Position numbers and translations under genes: made by a program | Notes under the pieces: generated by a model | Seen by the model: the letters and a program-made list of their open reading frames with translations, nothing else | Databases searched by the model: none | Told to the model about the DNA's origin: nothing | NCBI GenBank assembly: GCA_029552945.1 | Contig: JAKPDD010000032.1 | Location: forward strand, 142,377-206,376 | Direction: 5' to 3' | From: Spirochaetota bacterium | GTDB taxonomy: Bacteria; Spirochaetota; GWB1-36-13; JAKPDD01 | DNA: 64,000 nt | Part shown: piece after piece, positions 30,779-41,087 of the stretch | Layout of the letters: every line of letters starts with the position of its first letter | Numbering within the stretch: position 1 is the stretch's first letter

Positions 30779-31694
30779 AACACTGATTACTCTAGGAGAC
30801 CCAGGTGGTATCGGATATGAAATATTTTTAAAGTCAATAGAATATTTAAAAAATAAGAATGTAACTATAATAGGAAATATATCTACTTTAAGGTATTATG
30901 CAAAAATATTTAACCTGACTCTAAATATGGAGGGACTAGATTTTATAAACATAGGTGAAGATAACTTTATACCTGAAATAGGTAAAAACTCAGAAAAAAA
31001 TGGGCATATAGCCATAGAATCAATAAATCAAGCAATTCGGATAATAAAAAATGATGTTAATATAAATCTTATAACTGGGCCTGTAAGTAAAAAATCAATA
31101 GTGATGGCAGGATATAAAGAATTTAGAGGGCATACAGATTATTTAGCAGAAAACTTTAATATAAAAGAATATACAATGTTACTTGCAAATCCAGTCTTTT
31201 CAGTAGCATTAGTAACAATACATGAACCATTATCAAAAGTCCCATTATTAATAAATAAAGAGTCTGTAAAAAAAACAATAATACACCTTAATGAATTCAA
31301 GAACAAAATAGACCCTGAAGATAAAATATATGTATGTGGTTTAAATCCTCATTCAGGTGAGGATGGAGCAATAGGAAGAGAAGATATTGAAATAATAAAA
31401 CCTGTAATAGATGAACTCAAAAATAAAAATATTAATGTAGAAGGTCCATTTCCTGCCGATAGTATATTTAAGAAAGGTTTTAGTGGAGAAGTAAAATACT
31501 TTGTAGCAATGTATCATGATCAGGGACTTACACCATTAAAAATGATAAGCAACCGGGTTGTAAATATAACACTTGGTCTACCATTTTTTAGAATATCAGT
31601 TGGTCATGGCACAGGTTTTGATATAGCTGGCAAAGGATTTGCTGATAATTTAAGTTTTTTAGAGTGTTTAAGATTTTTAAAATTAATTAGTTAA
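30771..31694 (+). CDS. pdxA: 4-hydroxythreonine-4-phosphate dehydrogenase
   Basis: LGDPGGIGYEI, GPVSK, HTDYLAE, NPHSGEDG and MYHDQGLTPLK motifs. Confidence 0.85.
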   Translation: MNKTLITLGDPGGIGYEIFLKSIEYLKNKNVTIIGNISTLRYYAKIFNLTLNMEGLDFINIGEDNFIPEIGKNSEKNGHIAIESINQAIRIIKNDVNINLITGPVSKKSIVMAGYKEFRGHTDYLAENFNIKEYTMLLANPVFSVALVTIHEPLSKVPLLINKESVKKTIIHLNEFKNKIDPEDKIYVCGLNPHSGEDGAIGREDIEIIKPVIDELKNKNINVEGPFPADSIFKKGFSGEVKYFVAMYHDQGLTPLKMISNRVVNITLGLPFFRISVGHGTGFDIAGKGFADNLSFLECLRFLKLIS

Positions 31695-31766
31695 TATTTT
31701 ATTTATTTAAAAATTTTAAAATAAAATTTTATTAGTATTTTATATAAAGGACTTTTAGGAAAATTC

Positions 31767-32996
31767 ATGCAGCCACAATTAAGAATTGCACATTTCAAAG
31801 ATAATTCATATATACTTATAGAAGGTAATGAAACAAACTCATCGTTTTATATAATAAAAGATGGGGAAGTAAAGGTAACAAGATCTGTTGATAAAATAAC
31901 AAACTCTAATGGTGAGTTACTAAAACCAGGGGATTTTTTTGGTGTAATATCTGCTATGAGTGGCCAACCCGCAACAGAAACAGCAATAGCAATGACAAAT
32001 GTCAATTTACTTGAAGTACCAAGTAATCAATTTGATTATCTTATAAAGCAGAGTGCTCCCCTTGCAATGAAGATAATAAGGTATTTCTCTAAAAAATTAA
32101 GATTTTTTGACCACCTTCTAACCCAACTTTCAGCTCGAAAACAGGGAGATGAAGAATCAGATGTGTCAAAATTATTCGAACTTGCTGAGTATTATTTCAA
32201 TAATGGAGCTATGAGTCTTGCATTATACGCATATCAAAGATATATTGATCTTGTACCCAATGGAGACAAGATTAATGAAGCAAAACAAAAATTAGAAAGA
32301 TATGAAGGTTTAAAATCAAGTGCTTTTAATCCTACACAAAACATTACAGGCTTTAATAGAAAATATAAGCCAGATACATTTATATTCTGCGAACACGAAC
32401 CAGGTAATGAATTACATATAATACAACAAGGGAAAGTAAAAATTACAAAAATACTTGGGGGGCGTGAAGTATTACTTGCTGTATTAAAAAATGGGGATAT
32501 ATTTGGCGAGATGTCAATACTGGAAAATAAACCAAGAAGTGCATCTGCAATAGCTTATGGCGGAGAAGTTGTAACTTTGGCAGTAAACAAAGAAAACTTT
32601 TCAAATATGGTTGTTGAACAACCTAAACTGGCAACAAGACTTATTACAATATTATCAGATAGGATATGGTCAATATACAGGCAAATTAAAAATATATTAA
32701 TAGCAGATCCAGTCGTAAGAACATTAGATACTCTTCTTACAATTGTTTTAAAAGAAAAAGTACCGATAAAAAGAGGAGAAAAGTTTATATTTGAGTTTGG
32801 TGTAAAAGAACTTATAAACATGCTTGGTCTTCCTTACGGAGAAGGTAAATTATTTGTTAATGAAGCTCTATCTGATACACGATTATTTAAAATAGAAGAA
32901 AGTAGAATAATATGTAATGATATTGATGAACTTGCAAAGATTGTAAATGCACAGTTAAAAAAATTAGAAATATTAAAGAAAGCAAAACAAAGGTAA
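31767..32996 (+). CDS. protein with two cyclic-nucleotide-binding (CNB) domains; the first lacks the phosphate-binding Arg, the second is canonical
   Basis: Domain 2 has FGEMSILENKPRSASAIA (canonical FGE...RSA). Domain 1 has FFGVISAMSGQPATETAIA, with no Arg in the PBC. No HTH was recognised in the C-terminal 150 aa. Confidence 0.7.
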   Translation: MQPQLRIAHFKDNSYILIEGNETNSSFYIIKDGEVKVTRSVDKITNSNGELLKPGDFFGVISAMSGQPATETAIAMTNVNLLEVPSNQFDYLIKQSAPLAMKIIRYFSKKLRFFDHLLTQLSARKQGDEESDVSKLFELAEYYFNNGAMSLALYAYQRYIDLVPNGDKINEAKQKLERYEGLKSSAFNPTQNITGFNRKYKPDTFIFCEHEPGNELHIIQQGKVKITKILGGREVLLAVLKNGDIFGEMSILENKPRSASAIAYGGEVVTLAVNKENFSNMVVEQPKLATRLITILSDRIWSIYRQIKNILIADPVVRTLDTLLTIVLKEKVPIKRGEKFIFEFGVKELINMLGLPYGEGKLFVNEALSDTRLFKIEESRIICNDIDELAKIVNAQLKKLEILKKAKQR

Positions 32997-33002
32997 TTTA
33001 TA

Positions 33003-33356
33003 ATGGCTAAAGAAAACGAAAGAGAAAGCTTTAGAGTACCTTTACATAACGTAATAGGTGAATATTTTTATGAAGGAACTGTTGAAAAATGTGAAATAGT
33101 TGATATCTCTTTTGGGGGTATTGGTATAAAAGTAAATCATATAATGAGTGAGGGAACAACAATAGATGTAAGATTCGAAGTACAAGGCTATGGGAAAATA
33201 TACTGTAAAGGGAGAATAACAGTATCAAGGGGAACAAGAGTGGGAGTAAACTTTACTCATATTCCTGAAAAGTCTATGAAGATAATAAAGAAAATAGTAG
33301 AAGATTATACGTCAGCCAATATAAAAAAGATGTTGGAATCAAAAAAGAATAAATAG
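33003..33356 (+). CDS. PilZ domain c-di-GMP-binding protein
   Basis: RxxxR (RESFR) and DxSxGG (DISFGGIG) motifs; 117 aa. Confidence 0.75.
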   Translation: MAKENERESFRVPLHNVIGEYFYEGTVEKCEIVDISFGGIGIKVNHIMSEGTTIDVRFEVQGYGKIYCKGRITVSRGTRVGVNFTHIPEKSMKIIKKIVEDYTSANIKKMLESKKNK

Positions 33357-33366
33357 TAAAAAATAA

Positions 33367-34914
33367 CTATTTATTAAAATCCTTTAAGAGTTTTTTAATA
33401 TTTAATTCAACTCTTTTCACAAGGTCTGAACTCACTTGATTTTTATTAACTTCCAAAAAAAGATTATAATAGAATATTGCCTTCTTAATATCCTTCTTAA
33501 GTTCATAAACATATCCTAAATTATAATAAGAAGTTGGTTCTGCTGGATCTTGGTTTATCACATCTTTTATCAACTCTTCAGCTTTATCAAGATTATTCAG
33601 TTTTATATAGGTAAAATACAAACTATTTATAATCTCTTTCTTATTAACTGCATCCTCACCCATTTTAATAAGTGAATATGCTTTTTCATATAAAACATAT
33701 GAAAGTGGTATTTTATTAATCTTTTCGTAAACAATGCCTAAATTATAATATAAAGATGGAGAATTTATATTGTTTTTAATGCCATCAATAAGCAATGTTT
33801 CAGCTAGTAAATATTTTTTCTGATTTATATACAGACTTGCAAGATTGTTATAAGCCTTATAAAAGTTTTTATCAAGACTTATAGACTTTTTATAATTTAT
33901 TTCTGCTTCTCTTAAATTATTTTCAATAAAATTTATATTGCCTAAAATAAAATATGAATAGGCTGTTTTAACATTTTTAATATAACCTTTTGCTCTGTTA
34001 TAATCACCTTCTGAATAATAAAAATCTGCTAAAATAGTATTGATTTCATTATCTTTAACCAGTTTTTCATTATACTTTTTTAAAAATTTTTCAAGTTCTT
34101 CTCTTTTTTTATTTTGAACCTTAATTCTAATAAATGATTTGATAAAAACTAAGTCTTCAGGATACAAACTTACTAAAAAGTCCAAAGAATTTTCATCATA
34201 AGTCATATATTTAAAATCGTTATAGTATTTAAAAAAAATATCTATATCAGGATAAAATACAATAAAACCATTTTCTGTTTTTATATACCTCTTATCATAT
34301 ACAAGTTCTTCGATTTTTAAATCACTAAATAACTTTTTTAAAATTTCTGATTTTGTCCTTTCTAATTCTTCAGATAATATATTATTGTCACTTATCTCTA
34401 TTTTCTTGTCTATAAAATATACATATGATAATGGTTCTTCATACAAGAATACAACATTATTACCTATTTTAATACCCTTATTAGTAACAGCCATCCTATA
34501 ATATTCATTGGCTTCCCTTATATTATTAATCAGAATAAGCTTTTTTTTATTAGAATCATCTTCTTCTTTAAAAGAATCACTTTTTATATCATATTTTATA
34601 ATTCTATTATCAACATTTACAAAAATATTATGATTATTATAGAAAATATCATCTATTCTAATATCTGTTTTGAACATACTAAGATATATTTTCTTTTCAC
34701 CATGAATAAAAAATATATAGACAGCATATTCATATAATTTTATTAAATACCTTTTATCATGTGTGGTCCCTTCATACCTAAAACTTCCATCCCCAAGTAC
34801 ATAATTAAATTTTGAGAAATAATTTTTTGCTCCTAATATAACCCCAAAAAAATCAATAAATAAAAATAAGATTATTATTTTAAAAATAGTTGGATAAAAT
34901 GTTTTATTTTCCAT
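33367..34914 (-). CDS. membrane-anchored TPR repeat protein
   Basis: N-terminal TM helix; multiple TPR-like repeats in the C-terminal half (AxxYYNLG..Y motifs). Confidence 0.6.
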   Translation of the reverse strand: MENKTFYPTIFKIIILFLFIDFFGVILGAKNYFSKFNYVLGDGSFRYEGTTHDKRYLIKLYEYAVYIFFIHGEKKIYLSMFKTDIRIDDIFYNNHNIFVNVDNRIIKYDIKSDSFKEEDDSNKKKLILINNIREANEYYRMAVTNKGIKIGNNVVFLYEEPLSYVYFIDKKIEISDNNILSEELERTKSEILKKLFSDLKIEELVYDKRYIKTENGFIVFYPDIDIFFKYYNDFKYMTYDENSLDFLVSLYPEDLVFIKSFIRIKVQNKKREELEKFLKKYNEKLVKDNEINTILADFYYSEGDYNRAKGYIKNVKTAYSYFILGNINFIENNLREAEINYKKSISLDKNFYKAYNNLASLYINQKKYLLAETLLIDGIKNNINSPSLYYNLGIVYEKINKIPLSYVLYEKAYSLIKMGEDAVNKKEIINSLYFTYIKLNNLDKAEELIKDVINQDPAEPTSYYNLGYVYELKKDIKKAIFYYNLFLEVNKNQVSSDLVKRVELNIKKLLKDFNK

Positions 34915-34990
34915 AAAAACCTCATAGATAGATAAAAATAACAGTAATTGGCATAAAAAATTTAAAAATTAAAAATTTTAATCAAAACAA

Positions 34991-35824
34991 CTAGAAATCT
35001 TCAAGATTAGAAACAATATTCAGTATCTTATTTGTTCTCTCCTCAGCTCTTTCTTTTATATCTCCAAGGTAATTACTCGCTTCAATAAAATAATTAATAA
35101 AACTACTTCTTTCTTCTGACTTTATAATCTTATAAAGTTTTTTAACATTTTTTATATAATTTTTTATAACTCTTATAGTTTCTTTATTAAGTATTGATAT
35201 GTCAGCATAAAGAGAAGGATTTTGATTAAGAATCCTGCTTATCATATCTATCCTTAGCCTGTATATAGGGCTACTATACTCAAGACTCTCTTTTATATCA
35301 ATACCAAGGTCTTTAAGAACATGAGTAATTGTGATAAAAGTAAAATGAGTAAGCCCCTGTATAACTGCCATCATTTTATCATGTTCTTCTGCCGATGACT
35401 CTTTTACTTTAGCCCCTTCCTTTTCAAACATCTCTTTAAGAAAGTTATACCAGTAATCTCCCCTGCCTTTGCACATTACAATAACCTGGTTTTTTAAACT
35501 TTTTATGCCAGGACCAAAAAGAGGATGAAGCCCAACTACAGATGATTTAGAATATTTAAGCATAAGAGACAAAGGTTCTCTTTTAATAGAAGTAAGATCA
35601 CATAAAAGAGAGTTTTCATTAACAAAAGGTGCTACCTCTTTTATCACAAGCGGAGTTACATTGATGGGAACAGATATTAAAATAATATCTGAACTTTTAG
35701 CTACATCTATAGAACTAATTTCTGTATTTTTATCACTTATTACTGTATCAATCCCATTTCTTCTAAAAAAATCGGCAAAAATCTTGCCCATAAGACCTTT
35801 GCCACCAATTATACCAACTTTCAA
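34991..35824 (-). CDS. tyrA: prephenate dehydrogenase
   Basis: N-terminal Rossmann fold (VGIIGGKGLMGKIFA) and a GLHPLFGP motif. TTG start with a GTGAGGA RBS that overlaps the stop of the upstream giant gene. Confidence 0.75.
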   Translation of the reverse strand: MKVGIIGGKGLMGKIFADFFRRNGIDTVISDKNTEISSIDVAKSSDIILISVPINVTPLVIKEVAPFVNENSLLCDLTSIKREPLSLMLKYSKSSVVGLHPLFGPGIKSLKNQVIVMCKGRGDYWYNFLKEMFEKEGAKVKESSAEEHDKMMAVIQGLTHFTFITITHVLKDLGIDIKESLEYSSPIYRLRIDMISRILNQNPSLYADISILNKETIRVIKNYIKNVKKLYKIIKSEERSSFINYFIEASNYLGDIKERAEERTNKILNIVSNLEDF

Positions 35825-35831
35825 ATTATCC

Positions 35832-38800
35832 TCACTTCTTTTTTATAATAAGAATAGTAATATCATCTTCCTGTTCTGCCATCCATTCATCAACACTTGA
35901 AATAACAGATTGTATAATCTCTTTACAACTTTTATTCCTGTTATCAGATACTATTTTAAATAATCTTTCTTCTCCAAACATATTTCTTTTTGTTAATTTA
36001 TCACCATTTTTTTTCTCTCTTTTAGCCTCTGTAATACCATCAGAATACAAAACTAACAGATCCCCTTTATTAAGTGAAAAACTTCTTATTTCAGCACCTC
36101 TTACTGCATCTTCAAGTATACCTATTAAAAAGCCAGAAGATGGGATAGGCTCTATATTCCCGGTATCAGATCTGCATATAAAAGGTTCAGCATGGTCATT
36201 ACCAAACATCTGGAAATTACCATGTTCATCAAACTTAAAAAGTCTCATTGTCATATACATATGATTATAGTTAGAACCTATATTGCTCTTTTTTGACAAT
36301 CTTGTCTGCATATTCTTATATAAAGTGTAGTTTATAGATTGATATATTTCTTTTATATCCTTTTCTCTGAAGTCTCTATTTTTAGTAAGTGCATTAAAAG
36401 CAACTTCAGCCATCATCATAACAAGCCCTGACTTCAAACCATGTCCTGACACATCTCCAAATACACCAAAATAAGGTTTATCATCCATAAATATATCAAA
36501 ATAGTCCCCCCCAACCTCAGTAGCTGTTCTCATAAAACTAGATATCTCATAAAACTCATTATCCTTAATATCAGGTAACAGAGATACTTGAATATCTTTT
36601 GCTATCTCCATCTCTTTTGCAATCCTTGCTTTCTCCTGCACTTCTTGATACAATTTTGCATTCTCTATCGATATTGCAGCCTCTATTGCAAAAGCTTTAA
36701 ATAATTCAAAAACCTCTTCATTAAAAAGCCCTTTAACCTGCCTATTATCAAGATAAATAACACCTAAAATTTTACCTGAGACAATTAAAGGTGCTGTCAT
36801 TATAGACTTCATTTTATAGTTTATAACTGTCGAATCATCAGCTAATTCCTCTTCAGCATCCATTACTATCTGCCCCTTGCCAGTTTCCAGTGTTGTCTGC
36901 ACAACATAAGTTGAATATACTATTTCCTCATCATTATCTGTTGACCTTAAAGAAGCAATTTTAAGAGGTTTTGTAAAGTCAAGGTCCTCGTATAATAAAA
37001 GTATGCCTCTTTCAGCACCGCCAACCTCCATAGCAAGGTCAAGTATTTTATTTATAAGTTCATTCATATCATGGATCTTTGCAAGTTGCTCAGAAAGCTT
37101 AAGTAAATATTTTAATTGTCTCTGATAATAAAACTCTGTTTGAGTGTGGCTTGTTGTAAATGTAACTGATGTATCTGTAACTTTCTGCTCCAATGGATGA
37201 GCCTGCCCAATTACCCTCTCTTTTAGCAACTTAGCATCTCTTATTGGATTTACAAGCTCTAAATCTTCAAATATTTTTAGAGCTTCATTAAATAATTCAT
37301 CTGCTTCTTTTTTCTCCATTTTAAAGAGTATTAATGACTTAATCATAAGATTTTTACCATAAAAAAACCTAAAATAATCATTATCGATAGTCTTTTTTAT
37401 AGAATTTTCAATGAGTTTTAAAGATTCTGGTAAATTTGGGGTTGAAGAAAAGAGGTTAATAGTTGCTAAAATTCTGTTTTCCCATTGACATATATAGTCT
37501 TGATTAATAGGTTTTGCAAACTCTTTTCCTTTATCTAATAATTCAATTGCCATTTTTTTATTACCAAGTCTTGCATAAAACTCAGCAAGAAAATAATAGA
37601 CTATTGTAATACCAAGGCTTATATTTTTCTCTTTTGCATATTCTAAAGACTTTGTAAGATTTCTTATTGCCTCCTCAATATCACTTTTAGCATAATAAGC
37701 AAGCCCGAGGAAAAAAAATGAATATATCTCAATAATAACATTCTTAAGATCCCTTGCCAGGTCTATAGTATGTGTAAACTCTTTTATAGCTTTCTCAGGG
37801 TCACCAACCAATGCATTAACTGAAGAATAATAGAAAGAATAATATAATTGAAAAATTGGAATATCTTTCTTGCTTTCTATCAGTTCTTCCAGATTTTTTA
37901 TACATTTTAAAGCATCTTTTTTTCTCCCTATATACCCAAGTGCATGGCCCAAAACACCATAAGAATATACTTTTTCAAGGAAATTAACATCTGATTTAAC
38001 ATCAAGTTGGTCTATCAGTTCTAAGCCTTTAGTAATATATTCTATCCCCTCTTTAAAATTCCCATTAGATGCTTCAACACGACCTATAGCACAATAAGGG
38101 ATAGCAAGAAAGTCATTCATTTCAAGTTTTTCAGCAAGTGGTATTAATTCGTAGTAATACTTTAAAGCTTCAGGCAAATTACCTTTAAGGTGATAACTTT
38201 TCCCCAAAAAAAACATTATTTTAACAAGATAAGTTTGGTTATTAATCTTTTTTGCAATATCTATATGTTCCTTAAGAACTTCTATATTATCATCAAAGCC
38301 AGATATTTGAAGATTTATCTCTGCTATTTCAAGCACAAGAGTAAGCCTTGATATTAATGCCTTTTCAGTATCTTTTGCAAACTTCTTTAATATATCAAGA
38401 GCAGTTTTAAAAAACTTTATTGCAAGTTTGAAAGAATATGAATCATTTGCTTTTTTACCCGCCTCTTTATTGTAATAATATGCTTTATTTCTTTTATCAG
38501 CCATAAGATAATGATAAGCAAGTTTATAGACTTTATCACCCTGGGTATATTCAGTTTCAATTATATCAGCAGCAAGACCATGCAATTCCCTAAGTAGATA
38601 GGAAGGTATCTGTGTCTGTAAAGTCTCAAGAACTTTATCATGAATAAAAGAGTATATTCCTTCACCCTTACTGGTTATTGTTTCCCCTATAAGCCCTTCT
38701 TTTTTAGCTTCAAGCAATAGTTCAAGCAATTCTTCTCTCTTCATCCTGAAAATTTTTTTCAAAATAAGTTTATACAAAAGTTCAAAACTAAACTCTTTGC

Positions 38801-40646
38801 CAAAAATAGATGCATAACTTAAAACCTCTCTTGTTTGTGGGGTAAGCCTATTTACTCTATCTACTATTCTATCTATTATAGATGATGAAAACCTAAAATC
38901 AGTAAGTTTATTAAGATTAACAACCCATCCATCTCTCTTCTGGCTTATTATCCCCTCTTCAACAACTGTTTTTAGGTTTTCTATTACAAGATAAGGATTG
39001 CCCTGTGTCGCATCATGTATTCTTGATGAAAGTTCAGAAATACCATTATAAATAATACCAAATATCTCTTTTATTATAGCTTCTGTATCATCAAGACTAA
39101 GTCCTGCTATTTTAATTATATCAGCATTGCCATTCTCAGCCTCTTTTTTTATTATATCATACAACTCTTTTACTCTTAAACTAGATTCTTCTTTTATAGA
39201 TATTATTATATAAATGCTATGTTTTTTTACGTAAGACTTAAAATAATCAAAAAACTCAATACTTCCATGATCCCAGAAATGTACATCATCAAAAACAATA
39301 ACCAAAGGATTTTGAGGGGATGAAATAGTTAAAAAAAAGTCTTTTAATTTTTCAAAGAACAGGTCTTTTTCATTTTTATTTGATATTATTCCCTCATTGT
39401 ATTTACCAAAAATATCAGATAACTCAGGTATAATTTTCGATAATATAATACCTTCATCCCCAATTTTATCTTTTATATTTTTAAGTAAGTTATCTTTTGT
39501 TTTTAAATCTAATCTTAAAATAGATTCTTTTAATTTTTTTACAGCCTCTATAAAAGGATAGTATGGATAAGTTGAATTATTTTCATTGTTTTTTACATAT
39601 GTAAAAAAAGCATTCTTTGAACCAGTATATTTTTGTAATTCAAGCAATAATCTTGTCTTACCATCCCCCGATTGACCAATTATATATGAAACAAATCCTT
39701 TACCAAGTATTGTACTATTAAGATGATTCAAAAGTATGTCAATTTCTTTTTTTCTACCAATAAGAGATGTTTTGAAATTAAGATTTTTGATCCTATCTTT
39801 TTTACCTAATTCAAGATAAAAGGTATGTTTTTGTTCATCATTTAAAGATAAATAAACTTTTAAGTCTTCTATAAGGCCATAAGCACTCTGGTACCTATCA
39901 TCTGGGTCCTTATTTATCAACTTTAATATTATTTTGTTTATTATAGGTGAAAGACTATGTACAATCTTTATTGGTTCTTCAGGCTTTTTAGCTATATGCT
40001 GGTGTAAAAGTGCACCAACATCATCAGCTTCATAAGGTAATTTACCAGTTATTATTTGATAAAACAATATACCAAGAGAATATAAATCAGACCTATGATC
40101 TATATTCCTTGTAAGAATACCTGACTGTTCAGGAGACATATAAGCAAAACTACCAACAACCTCTCTACTTGAAAAAGCTCTCTGAAAATTAAAAAGATTA
40201 GCAACACCAAAGTCTAAAACTTTAATAGTATTATCTTTTGTAACCATTATATTACTTGGTTTTATATCTCTATGTATAATATCCATAGAATGGACATAAT
40301 CCAATGCTTCGGCTATACCCAAAATAAACCTTACCTTATCATCTATTGAAAAACCATTACCTATAATATCCTTCAAACTTTTGCCTTCTATATATTCTGT
40401 AATTATATAAACTTTATTATTTTCCTCTATAAAGTCTAAAAACTTGATTATGTTAGGATGATTTAGTTTTGATAATGTTTCAGCTTCTTTTTTAAACCTT
40501 ATATATGATTGATCATCTTTATTTATTGAGTCTTTAATAGTTTTTATAGCAACAACAGATTCATTATTTATATCAACTCCTTTATATACAATACCCATAC
40601 CACCTTCATTTATCTTTTCTAAGATCTCATAGTTGCCTATTTTCAT
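35832..40646 (-). CDS. 1604-aa multidomain signalling protein: Ser/Thr protein kinase, P-loop NTPase (AAA_16/STAND-like), TPR array, GAF, and PP2C/SpoIIE-type phosphatase
   Basis: Kinase: GxGxxG, VAIK, HRDIKPSN and DFG. P-loop GQSGDGKT near residue 324. Many TPR-like repeats in the middle. GAF-like block around residue 1250. C-terminal PP2C motifs GGDYFD, GDVSGHG and LVLYSDGITE. Confidence 0.8.
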   Translation of the reverse strand: MKIGNYEILEKINEGGMGIVYKGVDINNESVVAIKTIKDSINKDDQSYIRFKKEAETLSKLNHPNIIKFLDFIEENNKVYIITEYIEGKSLKDIIGNGFSIDDKVRFILGIAEALDYVHSMDIIHRDIKPSNIMVTKDNTIKVLDFGVANLFNFQRAFSSREVVGSFAYMSPEQSGILTRNIDHRSDLYSLGILFYQIITGKLPYEADDVGALLHQHIAKKPEEPIKIVHSLSPIINKIILKLINKDPDDRYQSAYGLIEDLKVYLSLNDEQKHTFYLELGKKDRIKNLNFKTSLIGRKKEIDILLNHLNSTILGKGFVSYIIGQSGDGKTRLLLELQKYTGSKNAFFTYVKNNENNSTYPYYPFIEAVKKLKESILRLDLKTKDNLLKNIKDKIGDEGIILSKIIPELSDIFGKYNEGIISNKNEKDLFFEKLKDFFLTISSPQNPLVIVFDDVHFWDHGSIEFFDYFKSYVKKHSIYIIISIKEESSLRVKELYDIIKKEAENGNADIIKIAGLSLDDTEAIIKEIFGIIYNGISELSSRIHDATQGNPYLVIENLKTVVEEGIISQKRDGWVVNLNKLTDFRFSSSIIDRIVDRVNRLTPQTREVLSYASIFGKEFSFELLYKLILKKIFRMKREELLELLLEAKKEGLIGETITSKGEGIYSFIHDKVLETLQTQIPSYLLRELHGLAADIIETEYTQGDKVYKLAYHYLMADKRNKAYYYNKEAGKKANDSYSFKLAIKFFKTALDILKKFAKDTEKALISRLTLVLEIAEINLQISGFDDNIEVLKEHIDIAKKINNQTYLVKIMFFLGKSYHLKGNLPEALKYYYELIPLAEKLEMNDFLAIPYCAIGRVEASNGNFKEGIEYITKGLELIDQLDVKSDVNFLEKVYSYGVLGHALGYIGRKKDALKCIKNLEELIESKKDIPIFQLYYSFYYSSVNALVGDPEKAIKEFTHTIDLARDLKNVIIEIYSFFFLGLAYYAKSDIEEAIRNLTKSLEYAKEKNISLGITIVYYFLAEFYARLGNKKMAIELLDKGKEFAKPINQDYICQWENRILATINLFSSTPNLPESLKLIENSIKKTIDNDYFRFFYGKNLMIKSLILFKMEKKEADELFNEALKIFEDLELVNPIRDAKLLKERVIGQAHPLEQKVTDTSVTFTTSHTQTEFYYQRQLKYLLKLSEQLAKIHDMNELINKILDLAMEVGGAERGILLLYEDLDFTKPLKIASLRSTDNDEEIVYSTYVVQTTLETGKGQIVMDAEEELADDSTVINYKMKSIMTAPLIVSGKILGVIYLDNRQVKGLFNEEVFELFKAFAIEAAISIENAKLYQEVQEKARIAKEMEIAKDIQVSLLPDIKDNEFYEISSFMRTATEVGGDYFDIFMDDKPYFGVFGDVSGHGLKSGLVMMMAEVAFNALTKNRDFREKDIKEIYQSINYTLYKNMQTRLSKKSNIGSNYNHMYMTMRLFKFDEHGNFQMFGNDHAEPFICRSDTGNIEPIPSSGFLIGILEDAVRGAEIRSFSLNKGDLLVLYSDGITEAKREKKNGDKLTKRNMFGEERLFKIVSDNRNKSCKEIIQSVISSVDEWMAEQEDDITILIIKKK

Positions 40647-40699
40647 AGTAGGCCTCCTTTAAAAACTAAAAAATTTTTGTGATAAAAATTTTATAAAAA

Positions 40700-41083
40700 T
40701 CACAAAATGTCACTAAGTCTAATACCTGAAAAATAATCCCTAAGTCTTTTTTCAGCCCCTTCCCATACTTTTCTTGTATTACATTTACTAAAAGCACTGC
40801 ATCCTTTACAGTCTACAAGTTTAATATCATTTTCAAGGATAGATATAATTTTATCAAGCCTTATTTCAGAAGGGGGATCTTTAAGCACATAGCCTCCTTT
40901 TATACCTCTCTCACCATTTATAATACCATTTTTTTTTAATTTGATTATAATCTGTTCAACATATTTTCTAGGCAAATTCTGTGATAAAGATATTTCTTTT
41001 ACACTGGTTACTTTTTCCCCATAATTTCTTGCGATTTCAAGCAGTATTCTAATCCCATATCTTGATCTTGTTGAAAGTTTCAT
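40700..41083 (-). CDS. Rrf2 family transcriptional regulator with a 3-Cys putative Fe-S site
   Basis: N-terminal wHTH (MKLSTRSRYGIRILLEIA) and C-x2-C-x5-C (CKGCSAFSKC). Confidence 0.8.
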   Translation of the reverse strand: MKLSTRSRYGIRILLEIARNYGEKVTSVKEISLSQNLPRKYVEQIIIKLKKNGIINGERGIKGGYVLKDPPSEIRLDKIISILENDIKLVDCKGCSAFSKCNTRKVWEGAEKRLRDYFSGIRLSDIL

Positions 41084-41087
41084 ACTT

